Shown: piece after piece, positions 34,691 through 46,351 of the stretch | Layout: each line of letters starts with the position of its first letter | Position numbering within the stretch: the stretch's first letter is position 1 | Assembly: GCA_963700285.1 (NCBI GenBank) | Contig: CAVOXA010000003.1 | Location: 1-60,128 of the forward strand | DNA length: 60,128 nucleotides | Origin: an uncultured Chloroflexia bacterium | Lineage (GTDB): Bacteria; Chloroflexota; Anaerolineae; JAAYZQ01 | Direction: 5' to 3' | Position numbers and translations under genes: made by a program | The notes under the pieces: generated by a model | Database searches by the model: none | Told to the model about the DNA's origin: nothing | What the model saw: the letters and a program-made list of their open reading frames with translations, nothing else

Positions 34691-35371
34691 ATGGCCGATC
34701 TATATGGTATTGACCTCGAAGCGTTCAGCCTGGCACGGTTGAGGGAAACCCTGGAACGGGGCGAAGTGCTGCCCGGGCGCCAGGTCCTGAAAGAAGAGAT
34801 CCCGGAGCGGTTTGCGGTGCTGCAGGCCATGGGCATCGACAATCTGAAAGCGTTGATCGATGCCCTGAAGACCAAAAAGCTCATGGAGGCATTCTCGCGG
34901 GATTCTGGGCTGCCCATGGACTATCTCGCCATCTTGCGCCGGGAAGCGAATAGCTACGTGCCCAAACCGGTGAACTTGGGATCCTTTCCTGGCATTGATC
35001 GTGGGAACGTGGAAAGACTGGCGGGCCTCGGAATCAAGAACTCGAAGCACCTCTTTGAGCGTGGACGGACCAAAGGCGACAGAGCTGACTTGTCCGAGCT
35101 GGCCGGGGTGCCCGGCGACGATCTGCTAGAATTGATCAAGCTATCGGACCTGGCACGAGTCAGCGGCGTGGGGCCGGTCTTTGCGCGATTCCTATTCGAG
35201 GCGGGGGCCAGCACCGTGGAGGAACTGGCGGCTTGTTCGCCAGAAGAGTTGTCCGAGAGATTGGTGGTCATCGTCCTGGAGATGGGATACACAGAGGCCA
35301 TGGTCCCTTTGAAGGATGTCAGGCACTGCATCGACGCAGCAGGAGCACTCCCAAAGGCAATCGAGTACTAG
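34691..35371 (+). CDS. DUF4332-like helix-hairpin-helix protein
   Basis: FPGID, SDLARVSGVGP..A..L.EAG..TV.ELA. Confidence 0.75.
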   Translation: MADLYGIDLEAFSLARLRETLERGEVLPGRQVLKEEIPERFAVLQAMGIDNLKALIDALKTKKLMEAFSRDSGLPMDYLAILRREANSYVPKPVNLGSFPGIDRGNVERLAGLGIKNSKHLFERGRTKGDRADLSELAGVPGDDLLELIKLSDLARVSGVGPVFARFLFEAGASTVEELAACSPEELSERLVVIVLEMGYTEAMVPLKDVRHCIDAAGALPKAIEY

Positions 35372-35620
35372 CGAGTGTTTTTCCTGTATTCCGGTTTGCC
35401 CTGGGCCGGGGTTGGATGGGTGTCACCCGAGAGCATCGCCGCAGACGCTGCCTGGTTAATATAACAGAAGGATGGGACCTGGACGGGTGAGCAGGCAAGA
35501 GTCTATTGCTCTTCGATGCCAGTCAAATTGACGCCCATGGGCTAATACGGGGTAGAATCCTTTGGGAAAGTATCCCCCACGGCGGTGATAGAGTGAACAG
35601 ATTGTGGAAAGAGAGTAAAG

Positions 35621-36397
35621 ATGTCTGAACCACTGCGCAAGTACCTTAGTTTTGCGGTCGAAACCGCCCATCTTGCCGGCCGGGCGACCCTGGGCTATTA
35701 CCAGACCGGCCTGCGGCCGGACATGAAAGCCGACCAGTCGCCGGTCACTGTCGCCGACCGGCAGGCGGAGGAGATCATCCGCAGCCGCATCGAGATCCAC
35801 TACCCGCAGCACGCTATCATCGGGGAAGAGTACGGATTGAAGGAGGTGGCGGGAGCTAGCCACCGCTGGTACGTTGACCCCATCGACGGTACCAAATCCT
35901 TCGTCCAGGGAGTACCTCTCTACGCTGTGCTCATCGGCCTCGAGATCGAGGGCACGGTGGAGGTGGGCGTGGCCTATTTCCCCGCGCTGGATGAGATGAT
36001 TGCCGCTGCCAGCGGCCTGGGGTGCTGGTGGAACGGCCGCCCGGCAAGGGTCTCCAGCATCCCAACCTTGGCCCAGGCCGTCGTTGCTTTTACCGATGTA
36101 GCCAGCTTTTCTGCCTACGGCCGCGCCGAGGCCTGGGCGCGCATCATGGAGGCTAGCTATTACCGCGCCGGTTGGGGCGATGCCTACGGCTACCTGCTGG
36201 TCGCCACCGGCCGCGCAGAGCTCATGCTAGATCCCATCATGAATGCCTATGACTGCGGCCCCTTTCCTCCGATCCTGAAAGAGGCGGGCGGCTATTTTGG
36301 CGACTGGCAGGGCAACCCGACCATCCACGGCAACGAGGCCATGGCCACTACCCAACAGCTGCTCCCTGAGGTACTGGCTCTGATAAGGGAGGGGTAG
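35621..36397 (+). CDS. hisN: Inositol monophosphatase family, histidinol-phosphatase-like
   Basis: SPVTVADR, GEE, VDPIDGTKSF, WGDAYG. Confidence 0.8.
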   Translation: MSEPLRKYLSFAVETAHLAGRATLGYYQTGLRPDMKADQSPVTVADRQAEEIIRSRIEIHYPQHAIIGEEYGLKEVAGASHRWYVDPIDGTKSFVQGVPLYAVLIGLEIEGTVEVGVAYFPALDEMIAAASGLGCWWNGRPARVSSIPTLAQAVVAFTDVASFSAYGRAEAWARIMEASYYRAGWGDAYGYLLVATGRAELMLDPIMNAYDCGPFPPILKEAGGYFGDWQGNPTIHGNEAMATTQQLLPEVLALIREG

Positions 36398-36560
36398 CCA
36401 ACCAGGTTACTCTTTGGCTCCCCCAACGTCAGCGCTAGCGGAACACCGACCACCCAGGCGAGCCCCCTCCAGCCAAGCGTGTGATCAGCATAACTCTAAA
36501 GGTTTGTTGTCGTGCCCTTCTTACGCTATAATGCGGACTACCTCACACAAGGGGGAAACC

Positions 36561-38603
36561 ATGAAGGACCTTCGACATATCTGCGAATTGATCTGGCAGA
36601 CACTATCCGGTGATGCGGCCTGGCAGTCCGTCTCCGATCTGAGCCGCTTCCACCGCATCCAGGCCAGCCCCGGCTACCGCCAGGCGGCCCAGTGGGTCCA
36701 CCAGCGCCTGCTCGAGGCGGGATTGGACTCGGAAATCCTCTCCTATGCTGCCGACGAAGAGACACAGCTTCTGGAGCTGGACCAGCTTCCAGGAGTGGGA
36801 CTGCATCAACGCCACGCTGCACCTGATCGCCCCCGAGGAGCAGGCTGGCGAACTGGCCAACTTCCGGGCCAATCCCATCTCTGTTATCCAGCGCAGCGCG
36901 CCCTTTGAGGGCGAGGCTGAGGTCGTGCTGCTGAAAGACGGCAGGACGAGAGCGACTACGACGGCCTCGACGTGGCAGGCAAGGTTGTGCTCACCTGTGG
37001 GGACCTGCGCCGCGTCTGGGAACTGGCCGTCGTACAGCGGGGCGCCATCGGCCTGCTCTTTGACGGCATGCGGCCCGTGCCGCCGGTGCGACCCGAGGGC
37101 GATCTGGCCGACATCCGCCAGTACACCTCTTTCTGGTGGCTGCCGGGCGACGCGCATTGCTTTGGCTTTGTCCTGACTCCCCGCCAGGGCCAGGCGCTAC
37201 GCCGCCTGCTGGCGGGAGCACGAAGAACCAGTGCATGCCCGGGTCAAAGTCGATAGCCGCCTTTACGATGGCACCATGGAGGTCGTCTCAGGCGACCATC
37301 CCCGGCAAGCACAGACGAGCGAGATCGTCGTCGTGGCCCATCTCTGCCACCCCATACCCTCGGCCAACGACAATGCTTCGGGGGCGGCCGCAGCCTTGGA
37401 GGCGGCCCGGGCGCTGCAGTCGCTGGTATCCAGCGGCCAGTTGCCGGCCCCCAAGCGTACCATCCGCTTCCTGTGGCTGCCAGAGATGACCGGCTCCTGT
37501 GCCTACCTGGCCGGGCGCGAGGACGACCTGGACCAGATGGTGGCTGGCATCAACCTGGACATGGTGGGCGAGGACCAGAACCAGACGGGCAGCTCCTGGC
37601 TCATCGAGCGCCCGCCCGAGGCTGCCGCCTCCTTTGCGCCCGACCTGCTGGCCCGCTTGCGCGACGAATTCCCCAAGATGAAGGGCATGACCGGCGTCTC
37701 GCCCAGCCACACCGGCATGGGCGCCTATCCCCTCTACCGCCAGGCCGAGGTCCCCTTTTCCGGCGGCAGCGACCACTTTATCCTCTCCGATCCCGCTGTC
37801 GGCGTGCCCACGCCCGATGCTCATCCAGTGGCCCGACCGCTTCTACCACACCTCGGCCGATACGCCCGACCGCACCGATCCCCACAGCCTGGCCCGCTCC
37901 GGGACCCTGGCGGCGGCCTACGCCTACTGGCTGGCCAGCGGCCGGCACTGAGGAGGCGACCTGGCTGGGCTACGAGATGGCTGGCCCGCTTCAAGGCCAG
38001 AGTGGTCGAAACCGCCCAGACAGCCGTGACAGAAGCTCAGGATCGAGCAGATGGCGAATCTCTGGCCCGGATCATCCTCGACCTCGATCGCCGCCTGGCC
38101 TACCTGCTGGACCGACAGAAGGCAGCCCTGGCCACGCTGGAACGGTTGGCACCCGTCCGATTGCCTGGTAGAAGAGCTCCAGGCCGAAGCCGAACAGGCT
38201 GTACGGCGCGAACTGGCCTGGGCCAGGGGCGGCGTGGACCTACACGCGGCCACTCTGGGCCTCGACCGCCTGCCCATCATCCCGCCCCGCGTGATTCCTG
38301 AAGAGGAGCAGCAAGCAGCGGGGCTGATACCGATGCGCCAGGTCCGAGGACCCATTCCGCTGCAGCAGTACTTGCACCGCCTGGACGATGAGGACCGCCA
38401 GGCTTGGCGCCAACTGCTCAAGGAGCGCAAGGGCTGGGGCGCATCACACATTGACAGCTCTGGCCCTCTACTGGGCCGATGGCGCCCGATCCCTACTCGG
38501 ACATCGCCGACCTGGTGGAGTTGGAGACCGGGAGCCGGGATGTGAGTACTGCTTGCTCGCCTACTTTCGCCTTCTGGAGAAACTGGATTTCGTCAGATTA
38601 TGA
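36561..38603 (+). CDS. M28 peptidase-like/DUF4910-like protein (many frameshifts)
   Basis: FHRIQASPG, AHLCHP..ANDNASG, LPEM.G, INLDMVG, GGSDH across frames. Confidence 0.75.
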
Positions 38604-38692
38604 GTTCGCTGTATCGAGTTCGATGTTCGAAGTGCGATGTTCGTAGGCAGGCATCGTGAAAACGATCGAGCTATGCAGTTGAAGGAGAACCT

Positions 38693-39691
38693 ATGCAGAT
38701 TCTTGTGACCGGCGGCGCGGGCTATATCGGCAGCGTCGTCGTGGAGGAGCTGATCCGCCAGGGCGACGAGGTCACCGTGCTGGACAATCTGATCCAGGGA
38801 CACCGGGCGGCCGTACATCCCCAGGCCGAGTTCGTCCTGGGGGACCTGGCCGACCGGCAGGCTCTGCAGATCTCTTTGCCAGCCACAGCTTTGAGGCGGT
38901 CATGCACTTTGCCTCGCACACTGCTGGTCGGCGAATCGATGCGAAAAGCCCTTCATGTACCTGGGCGACAACGTGATCAATGGACTCAACCTGCTGGAGA
39001 CCATGGTCGACCACGGCGTCCGCCGTTTCATCCTGTCATCCACGGCCGACTCTGTTTGACCAGCCCGAGCGGATCCCCATCGATGAAGGGGAGCAGATCG
39101 TTCCCGGCAGCCCCTACGGCGAGTCCAAGTTCATCCTGGAGCGGGTACTGCACTGGCTGGACCAGCATCCACGGCCTGCGCTACGCGGCTCTGCGCTACT
39201 TTAATGCCGCCGGCGCCACTTCTGAACGGGGCGAGGACCATAGGCCCGAAACCCACCTCATCCCCCTGGTGCTCCAGGTGGCCCTGGGCCAGCGGAAACA
39301 GATCCAGATCTATGGCAACCGACTATCCCACCCGCGACGGGACCTGCGTGCGCGACTATATCCACGTGCTCGACCTGGCCCAGGCCCACATCCTGGCCCT
39401 GCGCGCCCTGGACGACGGCAGCCGGACCTACAACCTGGGCAACGGCCAGGGCTATACCGTCCGCGAGGTCATCGAGATGGCCCGCGAGGTGACCGGCCAC
39501 CCCATCCCGGCCGTGGCAGGTCCCCGGCGACCCGGCGATCTGCCAGCGCTCGTCGCCAGCTCGGACAGGATCCGGAGAGAGCTGGGCTGGCAGCCCCGCT
39601 ACCCCGATCTGCGCGACATCGTCCAGAGCGCCTGGGACTGGCACCGGGTGCATCCCAAGGGCTACGAGCCAAGCCTTCCACCCAGGGGTAG
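38693..39691 (+). CDS. galE: UDP-glucose 4-epimerase (frameshifted)
   Basis: [49 protein letters not shown]. Confidence 0.92.
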   Translation: MQILVTGGAGYIGSVVVEELIRQGDEVTVLDNLIQGHRAAVHPQAEFVLGDLADRQALQISLPATALRRSCTLPRTLLVGESMRKALHVPGRQRDQWTQPAGDHGRPRRPPFHPVIHGRLCLTSPSGSPSMKGSRSFPAAPTASPSSSWSGYCTGWTSIHGLRYAALRYFNAAGATSERGEDHRPETHLIPLVLQVALGQRKQIQIYGNRLSHPRRDLRARLYPRARPGPGPHPGPARPGRRQPDLQPGQRPGLYRPRGHRDGPRGDRPPHPGRGRSPATRRSASARRQLGQDPERAGLAAPLPRSARHRPERLGLAPGASQGLRAKPSTQG

Positions 39692-39696
39692 CCTGC

Positions 39697-40854
39697 ATGC
39701 GCATTGCCATCAACGCCTGGTTCTCTGGATCAGCCTGGCACCGGCAGCGGCCAATACCTGCAACGGCCTGCTGCCGGGCCATGCCACCGGCGGTGGGACC
39801 TGAGCACCAGTTCCTCCTCGTCAGCCCCACCAGGCGTACCTGAGCGCCAGATCCCGGGGCTCCAACTCGAGTGTCTGGCCCATTCGAGGCAGCAGCGGTG
39901 GCGCAGCAGGCTGGGCAAGGTGCTATTCGAGCAGTTCTCCTTTCCCCGTGCCTGCCGCCAGTGGGGAGCGGACGTGGCCCACGTCCCCTACTGGGGCTCA
40001 CCCTTGCGGCCAGCGGTTCCCACGGTGGTCACCATCCACGACCTGATCCCACTGCTGCTGCCCGCCTACCGGGGCGGGCCGCTGGTACGACTCTACACCC
40101 GCCTGGTGGCAGCCGCCGCCCGGCAGGCCGCCCTTGTTCTCACCGACTCTCTGGCCTCCAAGCGTGACATCGAGCAGCACCTGGGCCTACCGCCCGAACC
40201 GGTGCGCTGCATCTATCTGGCCGCCGGCGAGCAGTTCAGCCCGGAGCCGGAACCCGACGACGAACCCATCCGCGCAGATCTATGAGCTTCCCCGAGCGTT
40301 ACGTGCTCTACCTGGCCGGCCACGACGAACGCAAGAACGTGGAGGGCGCTGGTCGAGGCCTTTGCCACCGTGGCCCAGGCGGACGACGACGTGACCCTGG
40401 TCATCGGCGGGCAAGCTGCCCGATCGGGACAAGCCACCCTTTTACGATCCCCGGCCCCTGGTGGAGGCGCTGGGCATCGGCGACGACGTGCTCTTTGCCG
40501 GCTGGGTGGACGAAGCCCACAAACCTGCCCTTTACCGCGGCGCGGCCTGCGCCGTCTTTCCCTCGCGCTACGAGGGCTTTGGGCTGCCAGTACTGGAAGC
40601 GCTGGCCTGCGGCACGCCTCTGATGACGTCAAATACCAGCTCGCTGCCGGAACTGGTCGGCGATGCCGGCTTCGCCCTCGACCCCGACGACACAGATGGC
40701 CTGGCCGGCGCCATGCTCGCCTGCCTGGTGGACGAGCCGCTGGCCGCCGAGCTCCGCGTCGCGGGCCGAAGCAGGCCGCCCGTTCAGCTGGGCGCAAACG
40801 GCCCACGAGACGCTGGCTGCCTACGAGCAGGCCAGCAGCTCAGGAGAGCGCTAG
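39697..40854 (+). CDS. GT4 glycosyltransferase (frameshifted)
   Basis: [38 protein letters not shown]. Confidence 0.88.
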
Positions 40855-40857
40855 CCC

Positions 40858-41962
40858 ATGCGCGTCTTGATGCTGTCCAAGGCCTGCATCGTCGGCGCCT
40901 ACCAGAAAAAGCTGGAGGAGCTGGCCCGCTTGCCCTGACCTGGACCTGACCGTGGTCGTGCCACCCTACTGGCGCGACGAGCGGGGGGTGACCCGATCTG
41001 GAGCGGCAGCACACGGCCGGCTACGACCTGGTCGTCGAGCCCATGGCCTTCAACGGCAACTTTCACCTGCACTTTTATCCCGGACTGGGCAAGCAGATCC
41101 GCCGCGTACAGCCCGACCTGGTTCACATCGACGAGGAGCCCTACAACCTGGCCACGGCCCACGCCCTGTGGCTCTCCCGCCGCGCCGGGGCCAGGAGCCT
41201 CTTCTTCTCCTGGCAGAATATCATGCGCCGCTACCCGCTGCCTTTCCGCTTGCTGGAGCGCTACGTGCTGAACCACGCCGACTATGGCATCGTCGGCAAC
41301 CAGGAATCGGCCGGGGTTTGGCGGGCCAAGGGCTACCAGGGCCCCATGGCCGTGATCCCCCAGTTCGGCGTGGATCCCGAGGTTTTCAGCCCCGGGGCCC
41401 CCGGGAAACTGGACGGGGCTTTATCGTCGGCTATGTCGGACGGCTGGTTGAGGAAAAGGGCGTGGATCTGCTGCTGGAGGCTCTGGCCGGACTGGAGGGC
41501 ATGTGGCGGGCCTACATCCAGGGCAGCGGCCCAGCTCGGGAATCTCTGCAGGCTCAGGCCCGCGACCTGGGCATCGCTGGCCGGGTGACCTTCGACGAGT
41601 GGATCCCCTCAGCCCAGATGCCGGGCTATTACCGGCAGTTGGACGCCATCGTGGTTCCGTCGCGCACGCGCCCCAACTGGAAGGAGCAGTTCGGCCGGGT
41701 GTTGGTCGAAGCCATGGCCTGCGGCGTGCCCGTCATCGGCTCCGATTCGGGCGAGATCCCCAACGTCATCGGCGACGCCGGTCTGGTTTTCCATGAGGAC
41801 AATGTAGGCGAGCTACGCACGAACCTGACCCGGCTTCTGCGCGACCTCGACCTCCGCGCGGATCTGGCCCAACGGGGCCGGGAGCGTGTTCTGGCCCACT
41901 ACACCCAGGCGCAGATTGCCACAGAAACCTACAAGGTCTATCAGGCTGTATTGGCTACTTAG
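40858..41962 (+). CDS. GT4 glycosyltransferase (frameshifted)
   Basis: MRVLMLSKA, HIDEEPY, VGRLVEEKG, EQFGRVLVEAMACG. Confidence 0.88.
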
Positions 41963-42015
41963 GTTGGGGCAGGGATTCGAGGTGTTTGGGGAGCCATGTT
42001 CCTTGAAATTCCAAC

Positions 42016-42071
42016 TTGACAAGTCTCTCACGATATGCTAGAATGTGGAATATACCCAAGATAGTTAGGCG
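42016..42071 (+). promoter_or_regulatory. Sigma70 promoter with downstream imperfect palindrome
   Basis: TTGACA-17-TAGAAT (TGn extended); TACCCAA-N5-TTAGGCG at 42053-42071. Confidence 0.7.
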
Positions 42072-42185
42072 TGTAGCGTCCACAGACCACGGAGTGACCG
42101 GTATCCGGGGTGACGACCAACGCAGACAATGCCCACAAGTAGTAGGGCAAGACACACCAGAGCTTGGAAATCGGAGGTGATCACC

Positions 42186-43790
42186 ATGTCATACCACGAC
42201 ACAGTCAGCGCTCTTGCCGAAGACGCGGAGCAACTGGAGCAGGTCTATCAGGCGGCGCTCAAGGCTGGCGAAACGGACGCCTTCAAACAGGCTATTGACG
42301 ACAGCCACACGTCCGCACCCGAGAACCTGCTCTACGCTGCCTGGTTCTACCGGCTGAAGTACACCGCTGCCCAGGCAAAAGGCTACGCCATCGCCTGGGC
42401 CTGGGTCATTCCCCTGGCAGTCATCAACGGCTTGTTGTTCTGGTGGCTCTCGGACGATCGTTTTATGATCACCATCGAGGGCTTTCGGGGGACTGACAGA
42501 GACTTTATGCCCGCGATCGTCTTGCTGGCCGCGTCTCTCTCCGCCGTAGTTTGTGCTGATCTATCTCACGGCCGTCGGCCGCAAGCACTGGCGTCTGAGC
42601 GCACTCATCGGGATCCTGCTTCTCGCCGCCGGCGCGTATGTGCTCTTGACCTACCCGCAAGCGGGCACTGTGCCATTCCAGGAGCAATACCTCACTCTGA
42701 TGGCTATGCATCTGCCCCTCCTGGCCTGGGCGGGTGTGGGTGCGTTCTTGATCGCCAGACATCGCGATCCAGCCAATCGCTTCAGCTTCCTGATCAAATC
42801 GCTGGAGGTATTCATTCTGGGCGGACTGTTCGTCATTGCCGGAGGCTTGTTCACCGCGATCACCATCGGCCTATTTGACGCTCTCGATGTTGACATTCCC
42901 AGAGCTGGTGCAGCGGTTGTTCATCGCCGGTGGTGTGGGGCTGATCCCGGTGGTGGCCACGGCCGTGATCTACAATCCAACCGTGCCCCCTGCCGAGCAG
43001 GCATTTGACGAAGGTTTGAGCAAGCTGGTGGCCTTGCTGATGCGCATCCTGCTCCCCTTGACGTTGCTGGTGCTGCTCGTCTATCTGGCCTTCATCCCCT
43101 TCAATTTCCGGGCGCCTTTCGACAACCGCGACGTGCTGATCATCTACAACGGCATGCTCTTCGCCGTGGTTGCTCTACTGGTGGGCGCGACCCCGGTGAG
43201 CCTGGCCGGCATCTCTCCGCGCCTGGCGCGCTGGTTGCGCCTGGGGATCATCGCCGTCGCGGCCCTGGCCTTGATCGTCAGCCTCTATGCCTTGGCCGCC
43301 ATCCTCTACCGTACCGCCCTCGACCGGCTCACGCCCAACCGTCTGACCTTTATCGGCTGGAACGTGGTCAACATCGGCCTGCTCTTCCTTGTGCTCCTCT
43401 TTCAGGCGCGGGCCAAGGCGGGGCAGTGGCTGCACGGACTTTATCGCGCCTACAGCGCCGGAACCGTCGCCTATGCCGTCTGGACGCTGGCGATGATCCT
43501 GGCCATTCCCTGGTTGTTTGGCATCAATCAGGGTGAGGTCGAGGCCCTACCCGAGGCGGTGCAAGAGATCGTCTACGAGACGCCCACTCCGATCCTGCTC
43601 AAATGCTACAGACAGCCCGCACATCTACCTTCTCGATCAGGGCGAGAAACGCTGGATCGAGACCATCGAGACGTTCGACGACCGCGGCTATGTCTGGCGG
43701 GATGTCCGGCACGTTCGATGCGACGATCTGCGCAGCATTCCTGATGGCGTGCCAATCCCCGCGAATGCCGGCCCGCCGCCGCAGCCGTGA
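42186..43790 (+). CDS. Polytopic membrane protein (DUF4153-like) with C-terminal small domain (frameshifted)
   Basis: GGAGG RBS; many TMs; R..L..YN.ML.AV, LTPNRL..IG.N; joined from four ORFs. Confidence 0.65.
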
Positions 43791-43814
43791 TGCCGTGACG
43801 GGCAAGCGACTATG

Positions 43815-43854
43815 AGCAAAAGAGGCCGAGCAGGGGGCTCAGCCTCTTTTTGCT
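43815..43854. terminator. Bidirectional terminator
   Basis: AGCAAAAAGAGGC...GCCTCTTTTTGCT between convergent genes. Confidence 0.8.
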
Positions 43855-43938
43855 GGACCGTACTCCGATTCCAGATCGCAGAGCGCGGCAGAGGCCGGCA
43901 GGCAAGCCAAGGGGCGGTGGATGCCAGGCTACCAGGGC

Positions 43939-45678
43939 CTATGGATTGAACAGACCCCCATATTCCTCCGCCATCTTGTGCTCGGCATAAGGCACAAAGG
44001 GCACTCCCGGCCGGCCGGTGGCCAACTTGTTGCGATGGTAGAGGATAAAGGTCTGCACCCCACCCGATAGCGAGTACACACGCTCAAAGCCGCACTGGAC
44101 CAATACCCGCAGAGCGACGTAGCTGGTGAATCCCACGCGGCAGTAGAGATACAGTGGCCTGCGGCCCATCGACTCTCTCAGTTCTTCGATTCGATCCCGA
44201 AGCTCGGTCAGCGGAATGTTGATGGCTCCGGGGATGTGCCATGCCTCAAAGTTTGCCGGGGGACGTACGTCGACTACCATCCCGTCCTCAAGGACTTCCG
44301 GGTAGTCATCGGCGTACCACTGGGCCAAGTCGCCCCGGAGCAGGTTGCAGGCCACAAAGCCGGCCATGTTCACCGGATCCTTGGCCGAGCCATAGGGCGG
44401 GGCGTAGGCCAGCTCCAGGTGCTCCAGGTCGTGCACGGTCATGCCAGCGCGGATGGCGGTGGCAAAGACGTCGATGCGCTTGTCCACTCCGTCAAAACCA
44501 ACCACCTGCGCGCCCAAGATGCGGCCGTCATCGGGCGTGAACAGCATTTTCAGGTGCATGGGGTGCGTGCCCGGATAGTAGCCAGCGTGCCCGTTGGGGT
44601 GGATATAGATCTTGCGGTGGTCGATGCCGAGGCGATGGAGGGTGGCTTCGGTTGCCCCCGTACCCCCGGCCGTCATGTCAAACACCTTGACTACCGATGT
44701 GCCCTGCGTGGAGCGGTAGGCGCTGCCTTTGCCAAAGATGTGGTCGGCAACGATGCGCCCCTGGCGATTGGCAGGACCAGCCAGAGCAACAGCGGCAGGT
44801 TCGCCCGTGACGGTATCGGTCACCTGGACCGCATCCCCTGCGGCATAGATGTCGGGGTCCGAGGTGCGCATGTACTCGTCCACCTTGATGCTGCCCCGAA
44901 CCCCAAGCTCCAGGCCGGCCTCGCGGGCAAGGGAGGACTCGGGAAGAACCCCAATGGCCAGGATCACCAGGTCGGTGATAACCCGTGTCCCATTTTGCAG
45001 CTCGACCTCAACCCGCCCCGAGACGTCATGGAAGGCAGCCGCCGCGGAGCCCAGGTGCATCTCGACACCATAGCTCTCCATGTGGTAGATGAGCGCCCGG
45101 TCCATCTCGTGGTCAAGGGGCGGGATGATCGACTCTTCCAGTTCTACCAGCGATACGCGCAGGCCACGCTGGCGCAGCGTCTCGGCCATCTCCACGCCGA
45201 TGTAGCCACCGCCTACGACTACCGCGCTCATAGCTCCGGCATCCACCTCGGCCTTGATGGCATCCATGTCGGGGATATTGCGCAGGGTATAGATCTGGGG
45301 GTGATCGATGCCCGGGATCGGGGGCCGCAACGGACGCGCACCAGGGGTAAGAACCAGCTTGTCGTACGACTCCCAAAATTCCTGGCCGGCGTTTCGGTTC
45401 CGGACGAGGATCCGTTTCTCCTCCCGGTCGATGCTCAGAACCTCGTGCTCGGTGCGGACGTCGAGATTCAGCCGGCTCCTCAGGTCATCGGGAGTGACCA
45501 CCAGCAACTGATCGCGGTCTTGGATGGCGCCACCGATGTGGTAAGGCAACCCACAGTTGGCAAAGGAGACATAACGATCTTTCTCCAGGACGACAATCTC
45601 GGCATCCTCGGCTAGCCGCCTGGCCCGTGCCGCGGCTGACATGCCGGCGGCCACCCCACCTACGACTACAATCTTCAT
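43939..45678 (-). CDS. CoA-disulfide reductase-rhodanese fusion (CoADR-RHD/Npsr-like)
   Basis: GGVAAG, SFANCGLPY, GGGYIG, LAYAPPY, DVR, YCRVG rhodanese Cys. Confidence 0.92.
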   Translation of the reverse strand: MKIVVVGGVAAGMSAAARARRLAEDAEIVVLEKDRYVSFANCGLPYHIGGAIQDRDQLLVVTPDDLRSRLNLDVRTEHEVLSIDREEKRILVRNRNAGQEFWESYDKLVLTPGARPLRPPIPGIDHPQIYTLRNIPDMDAIKAEVDAGAMSAVVVGGGYIGVEMAETLRQRGLRVSLVELEESIIPPLDHEMDRALIYHMESYGVEMHLGSAAAAFHDVSGRVEVELQNGTRVITDLVILAIGVLPESSLAREAGLELGVRGSIKVDEYMRTSDPDIYAAGDAVQVTDTVTGEPAAVALAGPANRQGRIVADHIFGKGSAYRSTQGTSVVKVFDMTAGGTGATEATLHRLGIDHRKIYIHPNGHAGYYPGTHPMHLKMLFTPDDGRILGAQVVGFDGVDKRIDVFATAIRAGMTVHDLEHLELAYAPPYGSAKDPVNMAGFVACNLLRGDLAQWYADDYPEVLEDGMVVDVRPPANFEAWHIPGAINIPLTELRDRIEELRESMGRRPLYLYCRVGFTSYVALRVLVQCGFERVYSLSGGVQTFILYHRNKLATGRPGVPFVPYAEHKMAEEYGGLFNP

Positions 45679-45981
45679 GGCAAACCCCTTCTGCTCGGTC
45701 TTGGCTGCGTGAAAGGTCACTTCCCAGCGCCACCATTCTATCACATCTCACCCATCGGACAAAGCAGTGAAGCCGGCGGGCCTTTTCTCCGCTCAAGAAC
45801 TGGTCCGGCTGGCCCCTTGCCATCGGGCCAGCGGGTCTGTAGGCATTCTGTACTCTATCTTGTCGCAGGTTGCGGGGACCCGAGCCGTCGTTACAAAGCC
45901 CATTTGAAAGGACATGAGCGGAGATCAGTCCTTCAGGGAAGTCAAGGCCAAACAGATCAGGATCGAGGAATCCTTTTGATC

Positions 45982-46010
45982 TTGACATGAATTCATTTTC
46001 ATGATATAAG
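45982..46010 (+). promoter_or_regulatory. Promoter with inverted repeat in the spacer
   Basis: TTGACA-17-TATAAG; CATGAA-N6-TTCATG at 45986-46003. Confidence 0.65.
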
Positions 46011-46044
46011 TAGATAAAATCACAGCACTGAGGATGGTGAGGCA

Positions 46045-46293
46045 ATGATACGCATGGGAAAGGAAACGAAACTGACTTCGGCAGAGGTCATCGCCAGGAC
46101 TGTAACGTTCTTTGGACCTGAGGGGCTGGGCCTTGAGGTTGAAGCGCAGTCTCCTTGCTGCGCCCGCCTCGTAGGTGGCGGCGGCTATGTGTATGTCGAG
46201 ACTAATGACGACTCAGAATCTGGAGGTGTGGAAGTCATCCTCGAGGGCAGGGAATGGGAGGCCCAGATCAGGCAATTCATTGGCAAGGTGTAG
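46045..46293 (+). CDS. Small hypothetical protein with a CC pair
   Basis: 82-aa ORF with promoter and GAGG upstream. Confidence 0.7.
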   Translation: MIRMGKETKLTSAEVIARTVTFFGPEGLGLEVEAQSPCCARLVGGGGYVYVETNDDSESGGVEVILEGREWEAQIRQFIGKV

Positions 46294-46351
46294 CTTTGCA
46301 CTTAACTAGAACCTTCGCAAGGGTTTGGGGTTGCATGTTGGATGGGCAACC

